From positions 4,336 to 68,335 of the forward strand of contig CAYPWV010000005.1 in NCBI GenBank assembly GCA_964414795.1: a DNA stretch of 64,000 bases, in the 5' to 3' direction. The position numbers and the translations under genes were made by a program. Shown piece after piece: positions 54,918 to 63,716 of the stretch. Numbering within the stretch: the stretch's first letter is position 1; every line of letters begins with the position of its first letter. The notes under the pieces are model-generated. The model saw nothing but the letters and a program-made list of their open reading frames with translations, was not told the DNA's origin and ran no database searches. The DNA comes from an uncultured Gammaproteobacteria bacterium (GTDB lineage: Bacteria > Patescibacteriota > Patescibacteriia > UBA9934).

Positions 54918-56383
54918 TAACGAATATAGTTCGCGGGATTAAGAAACTTTTTCGTTGCCTTATCAATAACCTCAAAGTGCAAGTGCGTTCCTGAAGAATT
55001 TCCCGTAGAGCCACATCGACCAAGTGGATCGCCTACCCCCACCGTCTGACCAGATTGAACGTAAAGGGTATAGAAGTGTCCGTACCGCGTTATAAGACCA
55101 TTTCCGTGATCAATCTCTACGGTGTTTCCATAGCCTCGCCTCGCCCCAGCAAAAACAACCATGCCCTCAGCTGCAGCATAGTTGTCGTTCGTTGATGTTC
55201 CGTTGGCATGTCCGGAACAATCAATATCATATCCCGTATGGAACCAACTTAACCCACGAACAATAGTAGGAAGATCGGTGGGCCATACCATAGAAAAACC
55301 TTCTCCCGGAACCTTATCTCCCTGGCTTCCCACAGGTGCAGAAGTAAAAATGTCCTTCACTGCAACACCCGTGGTAAGTGTAGGACGAGAAACAGGAGTC
55401 GCAGCAATTACTCCTCCCGGAACGATAACCTGTTGACCAATCTGCAATGATACATCGTCCGGGAATTGATTGAACGATATGATCGTCGCCGAATCAACAT
55501 TGTATTTTTTTGCGATCGCCGAAAGCGTGTCGCCACTTTTTATCGTATGCGTAAGTCCAGAAACAGGAAGAATGGCGAGCTCTTGTCCGGGCTTTAATAC
55601 CGAACGAACCGTAAGATTATTTGCCCAAAGAAGGGTATTAAGATTGATACCAAACTTTTCCGAAATGCCCGAAAGCGTGTCACCGCTTTCTACCGCATAC
55701 GTAATAGTTTGCGTACGCGGAGCAACGGTGCCCGAACCAGAAGGAGATCCAGACGACGAAGCAGTTAATGCAAATACGCCATCAGCACGAAGTACTCCGG
55801 GAGAATTTTCAAGCGCCAATACGTCCGTGATTGTTTGGGTTAACGATCCGTCTAAAATACCAGGATCATCATTCTCCGCAGAAACAATATACGCACGTGC
55901 ATCTTTTGGATCGCTGTATTCGTTGATAAAATCCGTTCGCTCATTTGTCGCAAGCGCATACAAAATACTCTGCTGCCCAATAGCATCACCCTCCGCACGC
56001 ACCGCATTTACATGGATATTAGTGATGCCTCCAATGGCCGCAATAAGCATCACAATTGCATAAAACGAAAAACGATTACTTACCACAAACATGAGTCTAT
56101 TTTTTACGGGGCGATATACCGCACCCATATTCCGCTTCGCCAAAAAAAACACGCGGTATCCTGGAACAAAAACTTTTAAACAAATGTTTCCTAATCGCCG
56201 AAAAAGGGGAGCGATGGCCGAAAAAAATTGTAAAAAACGTGCTTTAATAAAAAGCAGCGCACGCACCACACTCAGCCCAAAACGTACCACGAACGACGGA
56301 CGTGAAGGCATATGAGAAACAGTATATGCCTTTTTGCGCATCCTCACAAGAAAAAAGGAGGAAAAACCGCAAACATTAGCCAA
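54914..56383 (-). CDS. LysM-domain M23 family metallopeptidase
   Basis: Two LysM repeats (YAVESGDTLSGISEKFGINLNTLLWANNL; HTIKSGDTLSAIAKKYNV) and the M23 HxxxD...HxH core (HTGYDID...GTHLHFEV). Confidence 0.9.
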   Translation of the reverse strand: MANVCGFSSFFLVRMRKKAYTVSHMPSRPSFVVRFGLSVVRALLFIKARFLQFFSAIAPLFRRLGNICLKVFVPGYRVFFLAKRNMGAVYRPVKNRLMFVVSNRFSFYAIVMLIAAIGGITNIHVNAVRAEGDAIGQQSILYALATNERTDFINEYSDPKDARAYIVSAENDDPGILDGSLTQTITDVLALENSPGVLRADGVFALTASSSGSPSGSGTVAPRTQTITYAVESGDTLSGISEKFGINLNTLLWANNLTVRSVLKPGQELAILPVSGLTHTIKSGDTLSAIAKKYNVDSATIISFNQFPDDVSLQIGQQVIVPGGVIAATPVSRPTLTTGVAVKDIFTSAPVGSQGDKVPGEGFSMVWPTDLPTIVRGLSWFHTGYDIDCSGHANGTSTNDNYAAAEGMVVFAGARRGYGNTVEIDHGNGLITRYGHFYTLYVQSGQTVGVGDPLGRCGSTGNSSGTHLHFEVIDKATKKFLNPANYIRY

Positions 56384-56433
56384 AGACTTTGACTCATTTT
56401 CCTTGGTCTCGTATACTTGTCCGCGTCTTAATT

Positions 56434-56690
56434 AAGAAGTTTGAAGTTGATAGTTATGAGTTTGAAGTGAGTGGAGGTTGTATTTTATTGAGTAGATCCT
56501 GACGATAGGAAGGACCTGTCGCACGAATAAAAGGAGACAATCTGACAAATAGGTTTTCTCGAGATCCTTCGCCGAGCTCAGGACCTTGTGAGCTCAGATC
56601 ATTTCTCTCATCTGTCGTCTGCTGTCTATTATCTCTTAAACTAAAAGGAACTACCTTTCACTTCAAACTAACAACTAAAAGCTTCAAACT
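56434..56690 (+). repeat. MITE-like repeat copy 2 (~257 bp) with duplicated 5' AGTTTGAAGT and 3' CTTCAAACT termini, immediately upstream of tig and ending in a C8 tract
   Basis: Homologous blocks to copy 1, in the same orientation. It occupies the divergent promoter region between the M23 peptidase and tig. Confidence 0.55.
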
Positions 56691-56703
56691 CCCCCCCCAT
56701 CTT

Positions 56704-57993
56704 ATGAGCTACACGATCGAAAAAACCGCAAAGCAGTCTGTTAAAATTCACATCACTATTCCGACAGATCAAGTCACTGCGGGCATGCAGCATGCCGCAG
56801 AACACATGGGGGAAAATCTTTCTATTCCTGGATTCCGCCCGGGGCACGCACCTTATGCGGCAGTAAAGGCAAAACTTGGCGAAATGGCGCTTCTCGAACA
56901 TGCCGCCGAAGAGCTTATTCGCGCCGCACTTTCCGAAGCGCTTATCGCAGAAGACGTAAACATCGTGGGCTCACCATATTTCACGGTGGAAAAAATGGCG
57001 CCCGATAATGATCTCGTATTTACCGCAGAAATCGCGCTCATGCCCGAAGTAACTAAACTTGCCGACTACACAAAACTGACCGTTGCCCCCCAAACCGTCA
57101 CCGCTTCAGATGAAATGCTTGCGCAAGCACACGCCGATCTGCAGCGCATGCGCCAAGTTGAGGTACGCGCCGCATCGGGCACCGCGCTTACACAAGGTCA
57201 CAAAGCAGTTGTTGATCTCTCCATGAAAAAAGACGGTGTCACCATCGAAGGCGGAGATGCAAAAAATCACGGCGTATACACCAACGAACCGCACTACGTC
57301 CCCGGCTTTGTCGAAGCGCTCCTTGGCGCAAAAGAAGGCGAAGAGCGCACATTCTCTCTCAAGTTCCCCGAAGATCACTACCAAAAGCATCTTGCCGGAA
57401 GCGATGTGGATTTTTCGGTAAAACTCAATGAAATTTTCACTATAGAAAAACCAGAAATTGATGATGCCTTTGCAAAAACGCTCGGACTCGCAAGCGCTGC
57501 ACAGCTTGAAGAAAAGTTGAGAGAAAATCTTGCACAAGAAAAACAAACCGAAGAAGATCGCCGACAAGAAAAAACCGTTCTTGAACTGCTTGCAGAAAAA
57601 TCTTCTTTTGAAGAAATTAACGAGCTTTTGGTAAATCAAGAAATTGAAAAAATGATCCAAGAGTTGCGCATGTGGGTAACAGATAACGGTATGGAATTTG
57701 ATGAATACATCAAATCCATTGGAAAATCACTCACCGACATGAAGCTTGATTTTACCCCGCAAGCAATCACCCGCATCAAAGTTGCACTCGTCATCAATGC
57801 CGTGACAAAAAAAGAAAAGATTGCCGTTGATGCTGCAGAAGTAGATGCAGAACTCGACCGCATTGCAGAGATGGTCTCCAAAGATCCCGAAGCAAAAGAG
57901 CGCATTTACGCGCCCCAATATCGCGACCGCGTAGAACAGCAAATGGTAAATCGCAACGTCATCGATTTCTTGAAAAAGACAATGGTACGATAA
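56704..57993 (+). CDS. tig: Trigger factor
   Basis: Ribosome-binding N-domain with the GFRPGHAP signature, then FKBP-like and C-terminal domains. Confidence 0.95.
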   Translation: MSYTIEKTAKQSVKIHITIPTDQVTAGMQHAAEHMGENLSIPGFRPGHAPYAAVKAKLGEMALLEHAAEELIRAALSEALIAEDVNIVGSPYFTVEKMAPDNDLVFTAEIALMPEVTKLADYTKLTVAPQTVTASDEMLAQAHADLQRMRQVEVRAASGTALTQGHKAVVDLSMKKDGVTIEGGDAKNHGVYTNEPHYVPGFVEALLGAKEGEERTFSLKFPEDHYQKHLAGSDVDFSVKLNEIFTIEKPEIDDAFAKTLGLASAAQLEEKLRENLAQEKQTEEDRRQEKTVLELLAEKSSFEEINELLVNQEIEKMIQELRMWVTDNGMEFDEYIKSIGKSLTDMKLDFTPQAITRIKVALVINAVTKKEKIAVDAAEVDAELDRIAEMVSKDPEAKERIYAPQYRDRVEQQMVNRNVIDFLKKTMVR

Positions 57994-58000
57994 GCTGTAT

Positions 58001-58534
58001 ATGATATACAGCCTCGATTCTTGGAAAAAACTGCACTTCACGGTTTTTAGCGACGGAAATCGCGTCGTCAGTCAGCATTTTTCATTCGTTACGTCTCCTG
58101 GGGCGTTTGTTGTAGGAATTATTTTCTTGTGCATCTCAGTACTTGATCTTATTAGTTTTTTCGCTCAAAACGGACCAGAACCCCTTCTTATCATCGCACT
58201 CATCTTTATAGTCGCGGGTGCCGTGCTCACGATAAAAAGCAAAATCGCAAACAATGTCCGCAGAGAGCACGGTGGCATTCACCCCGACGACACACTTATT
58301 ATTCTCGACGCATCACATCAAACGGCAACAAAACAAAAAGGAAATAGCGAAGAACACGTCACTTCGTTCGCCGACATGCAACTTGTCTTGGGTTATTACG
58401 ACAGCAGAAAAACCACAAAACATCAGATTGATCTCATCTACCCCCAAGGAAAAGTGTGTCTAGTAAGTACAAACAATCGAGCACTCGCCGAAAAGCTCTT
58501 GCAAGAGATAAAAACAATACTCAACATCACCTAA
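58001..58534 (+). CDS. Hypothetical membrane protein (177 aa)
   Basis: Two hydrophobic helices; no family recognised. A hairpin follows at ~58545-58580. Confidence 0.45.
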   Translation: MIYSLDSWKKLHFTVFSDGNRVVSQHFSFVTSPGAFVVGIIFLCISVLDLISFFAQNGPEPLLIIALIFIVAGAVLTIKSKIANNVRREHGGIHPDDTLIILDASHQTATKQKGNSEEHVTSFADMQLVLGYYDSRKTTKHQIDLIYPQGKVCLVSTNNRALAEKLLQEIKTILNIT

Positions 58535-58560
58535 AACAAGAGAATCAACAAAAACACCTC

Positions 58561-58902
58561 TCATTTTCTCGAGAGGTATCTTTCTATCACGCACATTTCA
58601 TTCCCACAAAAAGCAAAAGCGCACCCAGAGCGGCCGGTCTCCAGGTGGAGGCTTTGCCGCGCATGATGCGCTACGGTGAATCTTGTTGGGATACCAAGGA
58701 TACAGGCCTTCATCTTCTCCATATCGTAACCAAACACGTGGAGAAGCACGAGCGCACGGTGCTGCGACGCAAATCCCATGATTATCCTAATTTCGCCGCC
58801 GTCCTTAATAGCGACGAATTTGAGAACAGTCGACTCGTCTTCATGAACCCGCTGAATACCGACGTCTTTTGAAAACCCTGCGATCCGTACGGTGATTTTC
58901 AT
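58561..58902 (-). CDS. Hypothetical protein (113 aa) in a short GC-rich patch; coding strand uncertain
   Basis: Open frames occur on both strands (58456-58872 plus also open). Local GC ~58% versus ~40% flanks. No family recognised. Confidence 0.3.
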   Translation of the reverse strand: MKITVRIAGFSKDVGIQRVHEDESTVLKFVAIKDGGEIRIIMGFASQHRALVLLHVFGYDMEKMKACILGIPTRFTVAHHARQSLHLETGRSGCAFAFCGNEMCVIERYLSRK

Positions 58903-58995
58903 TGGCTAATCCTCCGGCAAGAAATATACAGAAAAAACATGTGCGTACAATTTTTCATAAAAATACTGTCGGGGAATTTCAGAAAAGTCTGAGAA

Positions 58996-59517
58996 GTGGT
59001 AAACTTTATTACAAGTATGGACAATCTTCTCCCTTCGGAAATTATTGAAGATAGAATTTACGTTTTTAGAGGAAAGAAGGTGATGCTCGACCGTGATCTT
59101 GCAAGATTATATGGGGTCGAAACAATGCGATTAAATGAGGCTGTTCGTCGAAATGCCGCCCGTTTTCCTGAAGAGTTTTCGTTTCAACTCACCAAAGAAG
59201 AATTTGCAAACTTGATATCGCAAATTGCGATATCAAGTTGGGGAGGAAGACGACACTCGCCACATGTATTTACAGAGTATGGAATCGCAATGCTCTCTGG
59301 TCTTCTTAAGAGTAAAAAGGCAATCACAATTAATATACAAATTATCAAAACCTTTATTCATCTCAGAGATCTTGCCCTAGAAAACACGAATATTCAAAGA
59401 AAAATTGAGATGCTAGAAAAACATTACGATGAACAGTTTAAAATTGTCTTTGATGCATTGCGTCGAATGATGACCGAGGAGGAGGAAAAACCAAAAATAG
59501 AATTTACAAAAAATTAA
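58996..59517 (+). CDS. ORF6N-domain protein (phage antirepressor / KilA-N-like DNA-binding)
   Basis: IYVFRGKKVMLDRDLARLYGVETMRLNEAVRRNAARFPEEF is the ORF6N signature as I recall it. A C-terminal coiled coil follows. Confidence 0.7.
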   Translation: MVNFITSMDNLLPSEIIEDRIYVFRGKKVMLDRDLARLYGVETMRLNEAVRRNAARFPEEFSFQLTKEEFANLISQIAISSWGGRRHSPHVFTEYGIAMLSGLLKSKKAITINIQIIKTFIHLRDLALENTNIQRKIEMLEKHYDEQFKIVFDALRRMMTEEEEKPKIEFTKN

Positions 59518-59526
59518 CTCTATTTT

Positions 59527-60375
59527 ATGCGATTTGGAGCACATGTTTCTGCGGCAGGCGGACTTTGGAAGGCAGGAAAAGCGGGAAAGGAATTGGGATG
59601 CGAGGTCATTCAAATTTTTTCGCGATCGCCACAAACGTTCGCCGCAAAGCCCATAACCGATGAAGATGCGGAAAAGTTTCGTGCATCCATGAAAGAAAAC
59701 AACATTCAAGACGTGTATATTCACGCACCCTACATTATCAATCTTGCGTCCGGAAAAAATACCACACGCTTTGGCTCGGTAAAAATTCTTCGTGATGAAC
59801 TTGAACGAGGAACGCAACTTGGCGCAAAAGCCATTATGTTTCATCCAGGGTCTGCAAAAGAAGTAGGGCGCGAAGCGGGAATTGAAATGGTCACCAAAGG
59901 GCTTGATCGCATTATGGACGGATACGAGGGATCGTGTCAGTTGCTCATTGAAATTTCTGCGGGCGCAGGCGAAGTGATGGGCGATGAGTTTGAAGAAATT
60001 GCTGCATTCATCGACGGCGCTGAACGCGGAAAAGAAATTGGCGTGTGTTTTGATACACAGCATGCATTTGCATCAGGCTACGATCTGCGCACAAAAGAAG
60101 CTGTTGACGCAACATTCGAGGCTTTCGACGCAACAATTGGGCTCAAAAAGCTCGTTGCAAGCCATTGCAACGATTCAAGGGTAGAATTCGATGCACACAA
60201 AGATCGTCATCAGCATTTGGGACATGGATTTATCGGCGTCGACGCGTTCAAATACATTGTCGAACATCCAAAACTCCAGCACATTGATCTCATTCTCGAA
60301 ACGCCCTTTGACGGCGAAGAAGAGGTCGGGAGCCGAGAAGAGGATGTCGCCTTGCTCAAAAAGTATCGCGGATAA
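59527..60375 (+). CDS. nfo: Endonuclease IV (AP endonuclease family 2)
   Basis: MRFGAHVS start, with metal-binding blocks (IHAPYIINLAS, MFHPGS, HLGHGFIG, LILETP). Confidence 0.95.
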   Translation: MRFGAHVSAAGGLWKAGKAGKELGCEVIQIFSRSPQTFAAKPITDEDAEKFRASMKENNIQDVYIHAPYIINLASGKNTTRFGSVKILRDELERGTQLGAKAIMFHPGSAKEVGREAGIEMVTKGLDRIMDGYEGSCQLLIEISAGAGEVMGDEFEEIAAFIDGAERGKEIGVCFDTQHAFASGYDLRTKEAVDATFEAFDATIGLKKLVASHCNDSRVEFDAHKDRHQHLGHGFIGVDAFKYIVEHPKLQHIDLILETPFDGEEEVGSREEDVALLKKYRG

Positions 60376-60393
60376 TGGAGAAGAAATCCGTCT

Positions 60394-60615
60394 ATGAAAT
60401 TTTCCATCTCAGTAAAAACAAACGCAAAGCAAACAAGTATCACTCGCGTTTCGGATACGGAACTTTTCGCAGAAATCCATGCTCCGGCACAAGACGGAAA
60501 AGCAAATACAGCCCTCATAAAAGCACTGTCAATCTTCCTCAACGTTCCTCAAAAAAGAATATCAATAAAACATGGGGTAACAAACAAAAAGAAAATAATA
60601 GAAATTCTCTTCTAA
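60394..60615 (+). CDS. DUF167/YggU-family small protein
   Basis: 73 aa. SVKTNAKQTSITRV...AEIHAPAQDGKANTALIKALS matches the UPF0235 pattern (PE.G.AN..L...L). Weak SD. Confidence 0.65.
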   Translation: MKFSISVKTNAKQTSITRVSDTELFAEIHAPAQDGKANTALIKALSIFLNVPQKRISIKHGVTNKKKIIEILF

Positions 60616-60643
60616 AAAATGTGGATGAAAAGAAAATAAGAAT

Positions 60644-60976
60644 GTGATAAGCTCATCTCATGCCGATATATTTTTTTTAGATTCACGGCGCTGTATAAAA
60701 TATATGCCTCTCACAAAAAATGATATTAAGCTCCTTAAGGAAGGCTTAAAAGATACTTTCGTAACGAAAGAAGATCTTATTCAGGCACTTTCAGATCAAA
60801 CACGCATCACCGTCGATATCATGCGCCAAGAAACGCATGCGATTATAAAAAGAGAACTACACCTAGCAAAGAAAGAAATCATCGATGAAATAAGTGATTT
60901 TATCGGCAACTCCCTCATTCCTCAGCTCGATAATCACGAAACACGGCTTACAAAGCTCGAATCGGTGCGCGTCTAG
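60644..60976 (+). CDS. Hypothetical small coiled-coil protein
   Basis: ORF only; the likely start is the internal MPLTKND. Confidence 0.35.
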   Translation: MISSSHADIFFLDSRRCIKYMPLTKNDIKLLKEGLKDTFVTKEDLIQALSDQTRITVDIMRQETHAIIKRELHLAKKEIIDEISDFIGNSLIPQLDNHETRLTKLESVRV

Positions 60977-61221
60977 GGTTCATCAACTCCCCCCGCCGAC
61001 CACGGATGACAACGCAAAACGCGCAAAATCGCCTTTGTATATCCCCGAACAACACCGTACTTTTTAATCGCGCGAATACCGTACTCAGAACAACTCGGAT
61101 AAAAACGACAATATCCATGCGGATAAAACACCTTCATAGGCCCATGGTCGTATGAAAGCGTTTTTTGATACAACAAAAGAGGAAGCGTAGCAATGAATCG
61201 AATCATGTCCCTGAGCGACAT
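60973..61221 (-). CDS. yidD: Membrane protein insertion efficiency factor YidD
   Basis: [41 protein letters not shown] is canonical YidD. Confidence 0.9.
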   Translation of the reverse strand: MSLRDMIRFIATLPLLLYQKTLSYDHGPMKVFYPHGYCRFYPSCSEYGIRAIKKYGVVRGYTKAILRVLRCHPWSAGGVDEP

Positions 61222-61224
61222 ATA

Positions 61225-61566
61225 TTACGAAGAAAGCAACTTTGCTTTTGCGAAAGTTTTCAACAAACGATCCCGCATTTCTTGAAAAGAAAGCGTGAGA
61301 ACAGGCTTCGAAACAAGGAGTGCAATATCACATGCAGGAAGTTGCGGAATCACTTCTTTGCAAATTTCGCGATATTGTCTCCGTACTTTATTACGATCTA
61401 CCGCGCGCTTACTCACCTTTGTACTTACCACAATAACGAATCGCGGATTTCCTACCGTATTTGCTACAAACTTTACACCACACACCGCATCAAAAACGCC
61501 GCGCTTTGAACGCACGGCACGCATTACCTCTTTTTCAGATCGCAAACGATATTTTTGAGAAAACAT
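61225..61566 (-). CDS. rnpA: Ribonuclease P protein component
   Basis: RLRSEKEVMRAVRSKRG...RVGFVVSTKVSKRAVDRNKVRRQYRE is the RnpA basic signature. Confidence 0.92.
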   Translation of the reverse strand: MFSQKYRLRSEKEVMRAVRSKRGVFDAVCGVKFVANTVGNPRFVIVVSTKVSKRAVDRNKVRRQYREICKEVIPQLPACDIALLVSKPVLTLSFQEMRDRLLKTFAKAKLLSS

Positions 61567-61643
61567 ATACGCATGATAACAAAATCCCGGCGTTGGTAGG
61601 GGCGGAAAATTTTCCGCCCGACAACACGCCGGGAATTTTGTTT

Positions 61644-61796
61644 TTATCTAGGTCGCGCAGTAACCGTCAGGCGTTTTCGGCCCTTTACACGGCGGCGTTT
61701 AAGCACGTTGCGGCCGTCTTTGGTTTTCATGCGCGTCCGAAACCCATGAACCTTCGCGCGTCGGCGCTTCTTGGGTTGGTAGGTACGCTTTGGCAT
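61644..61796 (-). CDS. rpmH: 50S ribosomal protein L34 (50 aa; not in the ORF track)
   Basis: Manual translation [50 protein letters not shown]. Confidence 0.9.
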   Translation of the reverse strand: MPKRTYQPKKRRRAKVHGFRTRMKTKDGRNVLKRRRVKGRKRLTVTARPR

Positions 61797-61981
61797 ATAA
61801 AAGTAAGCAGAGCATACGCCTCGATACCGCGGGTGTCAACTTCTTCGCTGAAATTCGCCAACCTTCTAAAAAAGTTATCCACACCTTATCCCTGCACAAC
61901 GTTTATTTCGCCAGTCTCTGCAGAATTGTACCCTGTGGATAAAATGGGTATTATCCTCGCAGTCGTTCATACACCCGTGGG
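61797..61981. promoter_or_regulatory. Divergent rpmH/dnaA promoter region with two convergent consensus DnaA boxes (TTATCCACA at ~61866; TGTGGATAA at ~61932)
   Basis: Boxes read directly; this is the classic dnaA autoregulatory arrangement. Confidence 0.6.
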
Positions 61982-63382
61982 GTGATTAATCTCGTGCCTA
62001 TGAATACACACGAACTTTGGCAGGCAGTACTCGCAGATCTTGAGCTTAAGCTCAGCAGAGCAGCGTTCACCTCATGGCTGGTAAATACGTTTATCGCCGA
62101 ATATCGTATGGGCGATATTGTTATTGGAACACCAAACACCGTGCATTCTTCATGGCTTGAAAAGCGTCATCATAAAGACATCATCACTTCCCTAGAAAAC
62201 GTAACCAATCAACCGGTACGCAAACTGACGTATCGTGTAGAAACAAAAAACACCGGACCTCAGCCTGTCGTACTCGAACAACAACGCAACACCGCAGCAG
62301 ATCTTGGATTTACTACTACTGCAGGCATGGAGATTCCTCCTCCCACAGGAAACATCGCCATCAATCCACAACAAACCTTCGCAACATTTGTGGTAGGAAA
62401 ACAAAACGAACTTGCACACGCCGCATCTCAAGCCGTTGCCGCACATCCCGGAGGAACGTATAATCCACTCTTTATCTACGGAGGCGTCGGATTGGGAAAA
62501 ACACACTTGCTCCATGCAATCGCAAATGAGATCAGAAGAAAATGGCAAAACGCACGTATTATGTACGTAACGTGTGAGCACTTTACCAATGACTTCATTC
62601 ACTCAATTCGCTCCGGAAAAGGAAAAGACTTTAAAGATCGCTATCGCAACGTAGATCTTCTCTTAATCGACGACATTCAGTTCATCACCGGAAAAGAAGG
62701 AACACAGGAAGAATTTTTTCACACCTTCAACGCACTTCATCAAGACAATAGACAAATTGTCATTTCCTCAGATCGTCCGCCAAAATCTATTGCAGGCTTA
62801 GAAAAACGCCTCCAATCTCGTCTAGAATGGGGGATGCTTGTCGACGTTGGCACGCCCGACCTTGAAACACGCATCGCGATTCTGGAAAGAAAGTGCGTTG
62901 AGAAACAAACGCGTCTTTCTTCAGAAATCCTTCACTATATCGCCGCAAACATTGTTTCAAATGTGCGCGAGCTTGAAGGAGCGCTCAATAAAATCATGGC
63001 GGTACACGAATTCCGCAACATGGAGCCTACGCTCGAAACGGTAAAACCTATTGTCGCAAGCTTTGAATCGGAAAATATTAAGAAAACCGTTACGCCAAAA
63101 CAAGTCATTTCTATCGTCGCCGAGTACTTCGACATTAGCACCGATGAAGTCTTGGGAAAGAGTCGCGAAAAGCGTCTAGCTTTTCCACGCCAAATCATCA
63201 TGTATCTCCTTCGGGAAGAAATGGCCTCCTCCTATCCCACCATCGGAACCGAACTTGGGGGAAGGGATCACACCACCGCCATGCACGCCCATGGAAAAAT
63301 TAAGGATTTAGTAGAAAATGGCGAAGAAAAGCTGGTAAAAGACCTGGAACTCATTCGTCAGCGCCTGTACATCGGCGCCTAG
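61982..63382 (+). CDS. dnaA: Chromosomal replication initiator DnaA
   Basis: AAA+ (NPLFIYGGVGLGKTHLLHA), box VII/sensor regions and the C-terminal DNA-binding domain (QIIMYLLREEMASSYPTIGTELGGRDHTTAMHAHGKI). Probable start is the internal MNTHELWQ at 62000. Confidence 0.97.
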   Translation: MINLVPMNTHELWQAVLADLELKLSRAAFTSWLVNTFIAEYRMGDIVIGTPNTVHSSWLEKRHHKDIITSLENVTNQPVRKLTYRVETKNTGPQPVVLEQQRNTAADLGFTTTAGMEIPPPTGNIAINPQQTFATFVVGKQNELAHAASQAVAAHPGGTYNPLFIYGGVGLGKTHLLHAIANEIRRKWQNARIMYVTCEHFTNDFIHSIRSGKGKDFKDRYRNVDLLLIDDIQFITGKEGTQEEFFHTFNALHQDNRQIVISSDRPPKSIAGLEKRLQSRLEWGMLVDVGTPDLETRIAILERKCVEKQTRLSSEILHYIAANIVSNVRELEGALNKIMAVHEFRNMEPTLETVKPIVASFESENIKKTVTPKQVISIVAEYFDISTDEVLGKSREKRLAFPRQIIMYLLREEMASSYPTIGTELGGRDHTTAMHAHGKIKDLVENGEEKLVKDLELIRQRLYIGA

Positions 63383-63716
63383 TTATCCACAAGTTTTCCA
63401 CCTGTGGGTATAAGTGTTTGGTCTTTGTTCGTGTGCATACTATGCGGATAACCCTTGGGATAACTTGGGTGTAACCCTGTTGAAAAAATGCGGATAGAAG
63501 GGAGATAATTTTGTCAGTGTCAAAGAAGAATTCTTCGTCCACACGCTACACGCCCAATCCTCACCACACTGTCCACAGAAAACAAAACAAAACACTCCCA
63601 AAAACATTCATCCTTCCCCACTTATCCCAATCATCCACAGGCTTACTATTACTACCTGTCTTCTTTACTAAAAAATAAGTAACCTGTACTCATCCTTTCA
63701 TCCTTGTCCTTCTTCT
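63383..63716. promoter_or_regulatory. dnaA-dnaN intergenic region with multiple DnaA-box-like 9-mers (TTATCCACA, TGCGGATAA, TTGGGATAA, CTGTCCACA, TTATCCCAA, TCATCCACA) and AT-rich stretches: candidate oriC
   Basis: Boxes read directly; the position is canonical for bacterial origins. Confidence 0.6.

Noticed and set aside
58561-58902. Tried to assign the 113-aa ORF to PanD, an anti-sigma antagonist or RsfS.
   Set aside because: No convincing motif alignment by eye. Left as hypothetical with low confidence.
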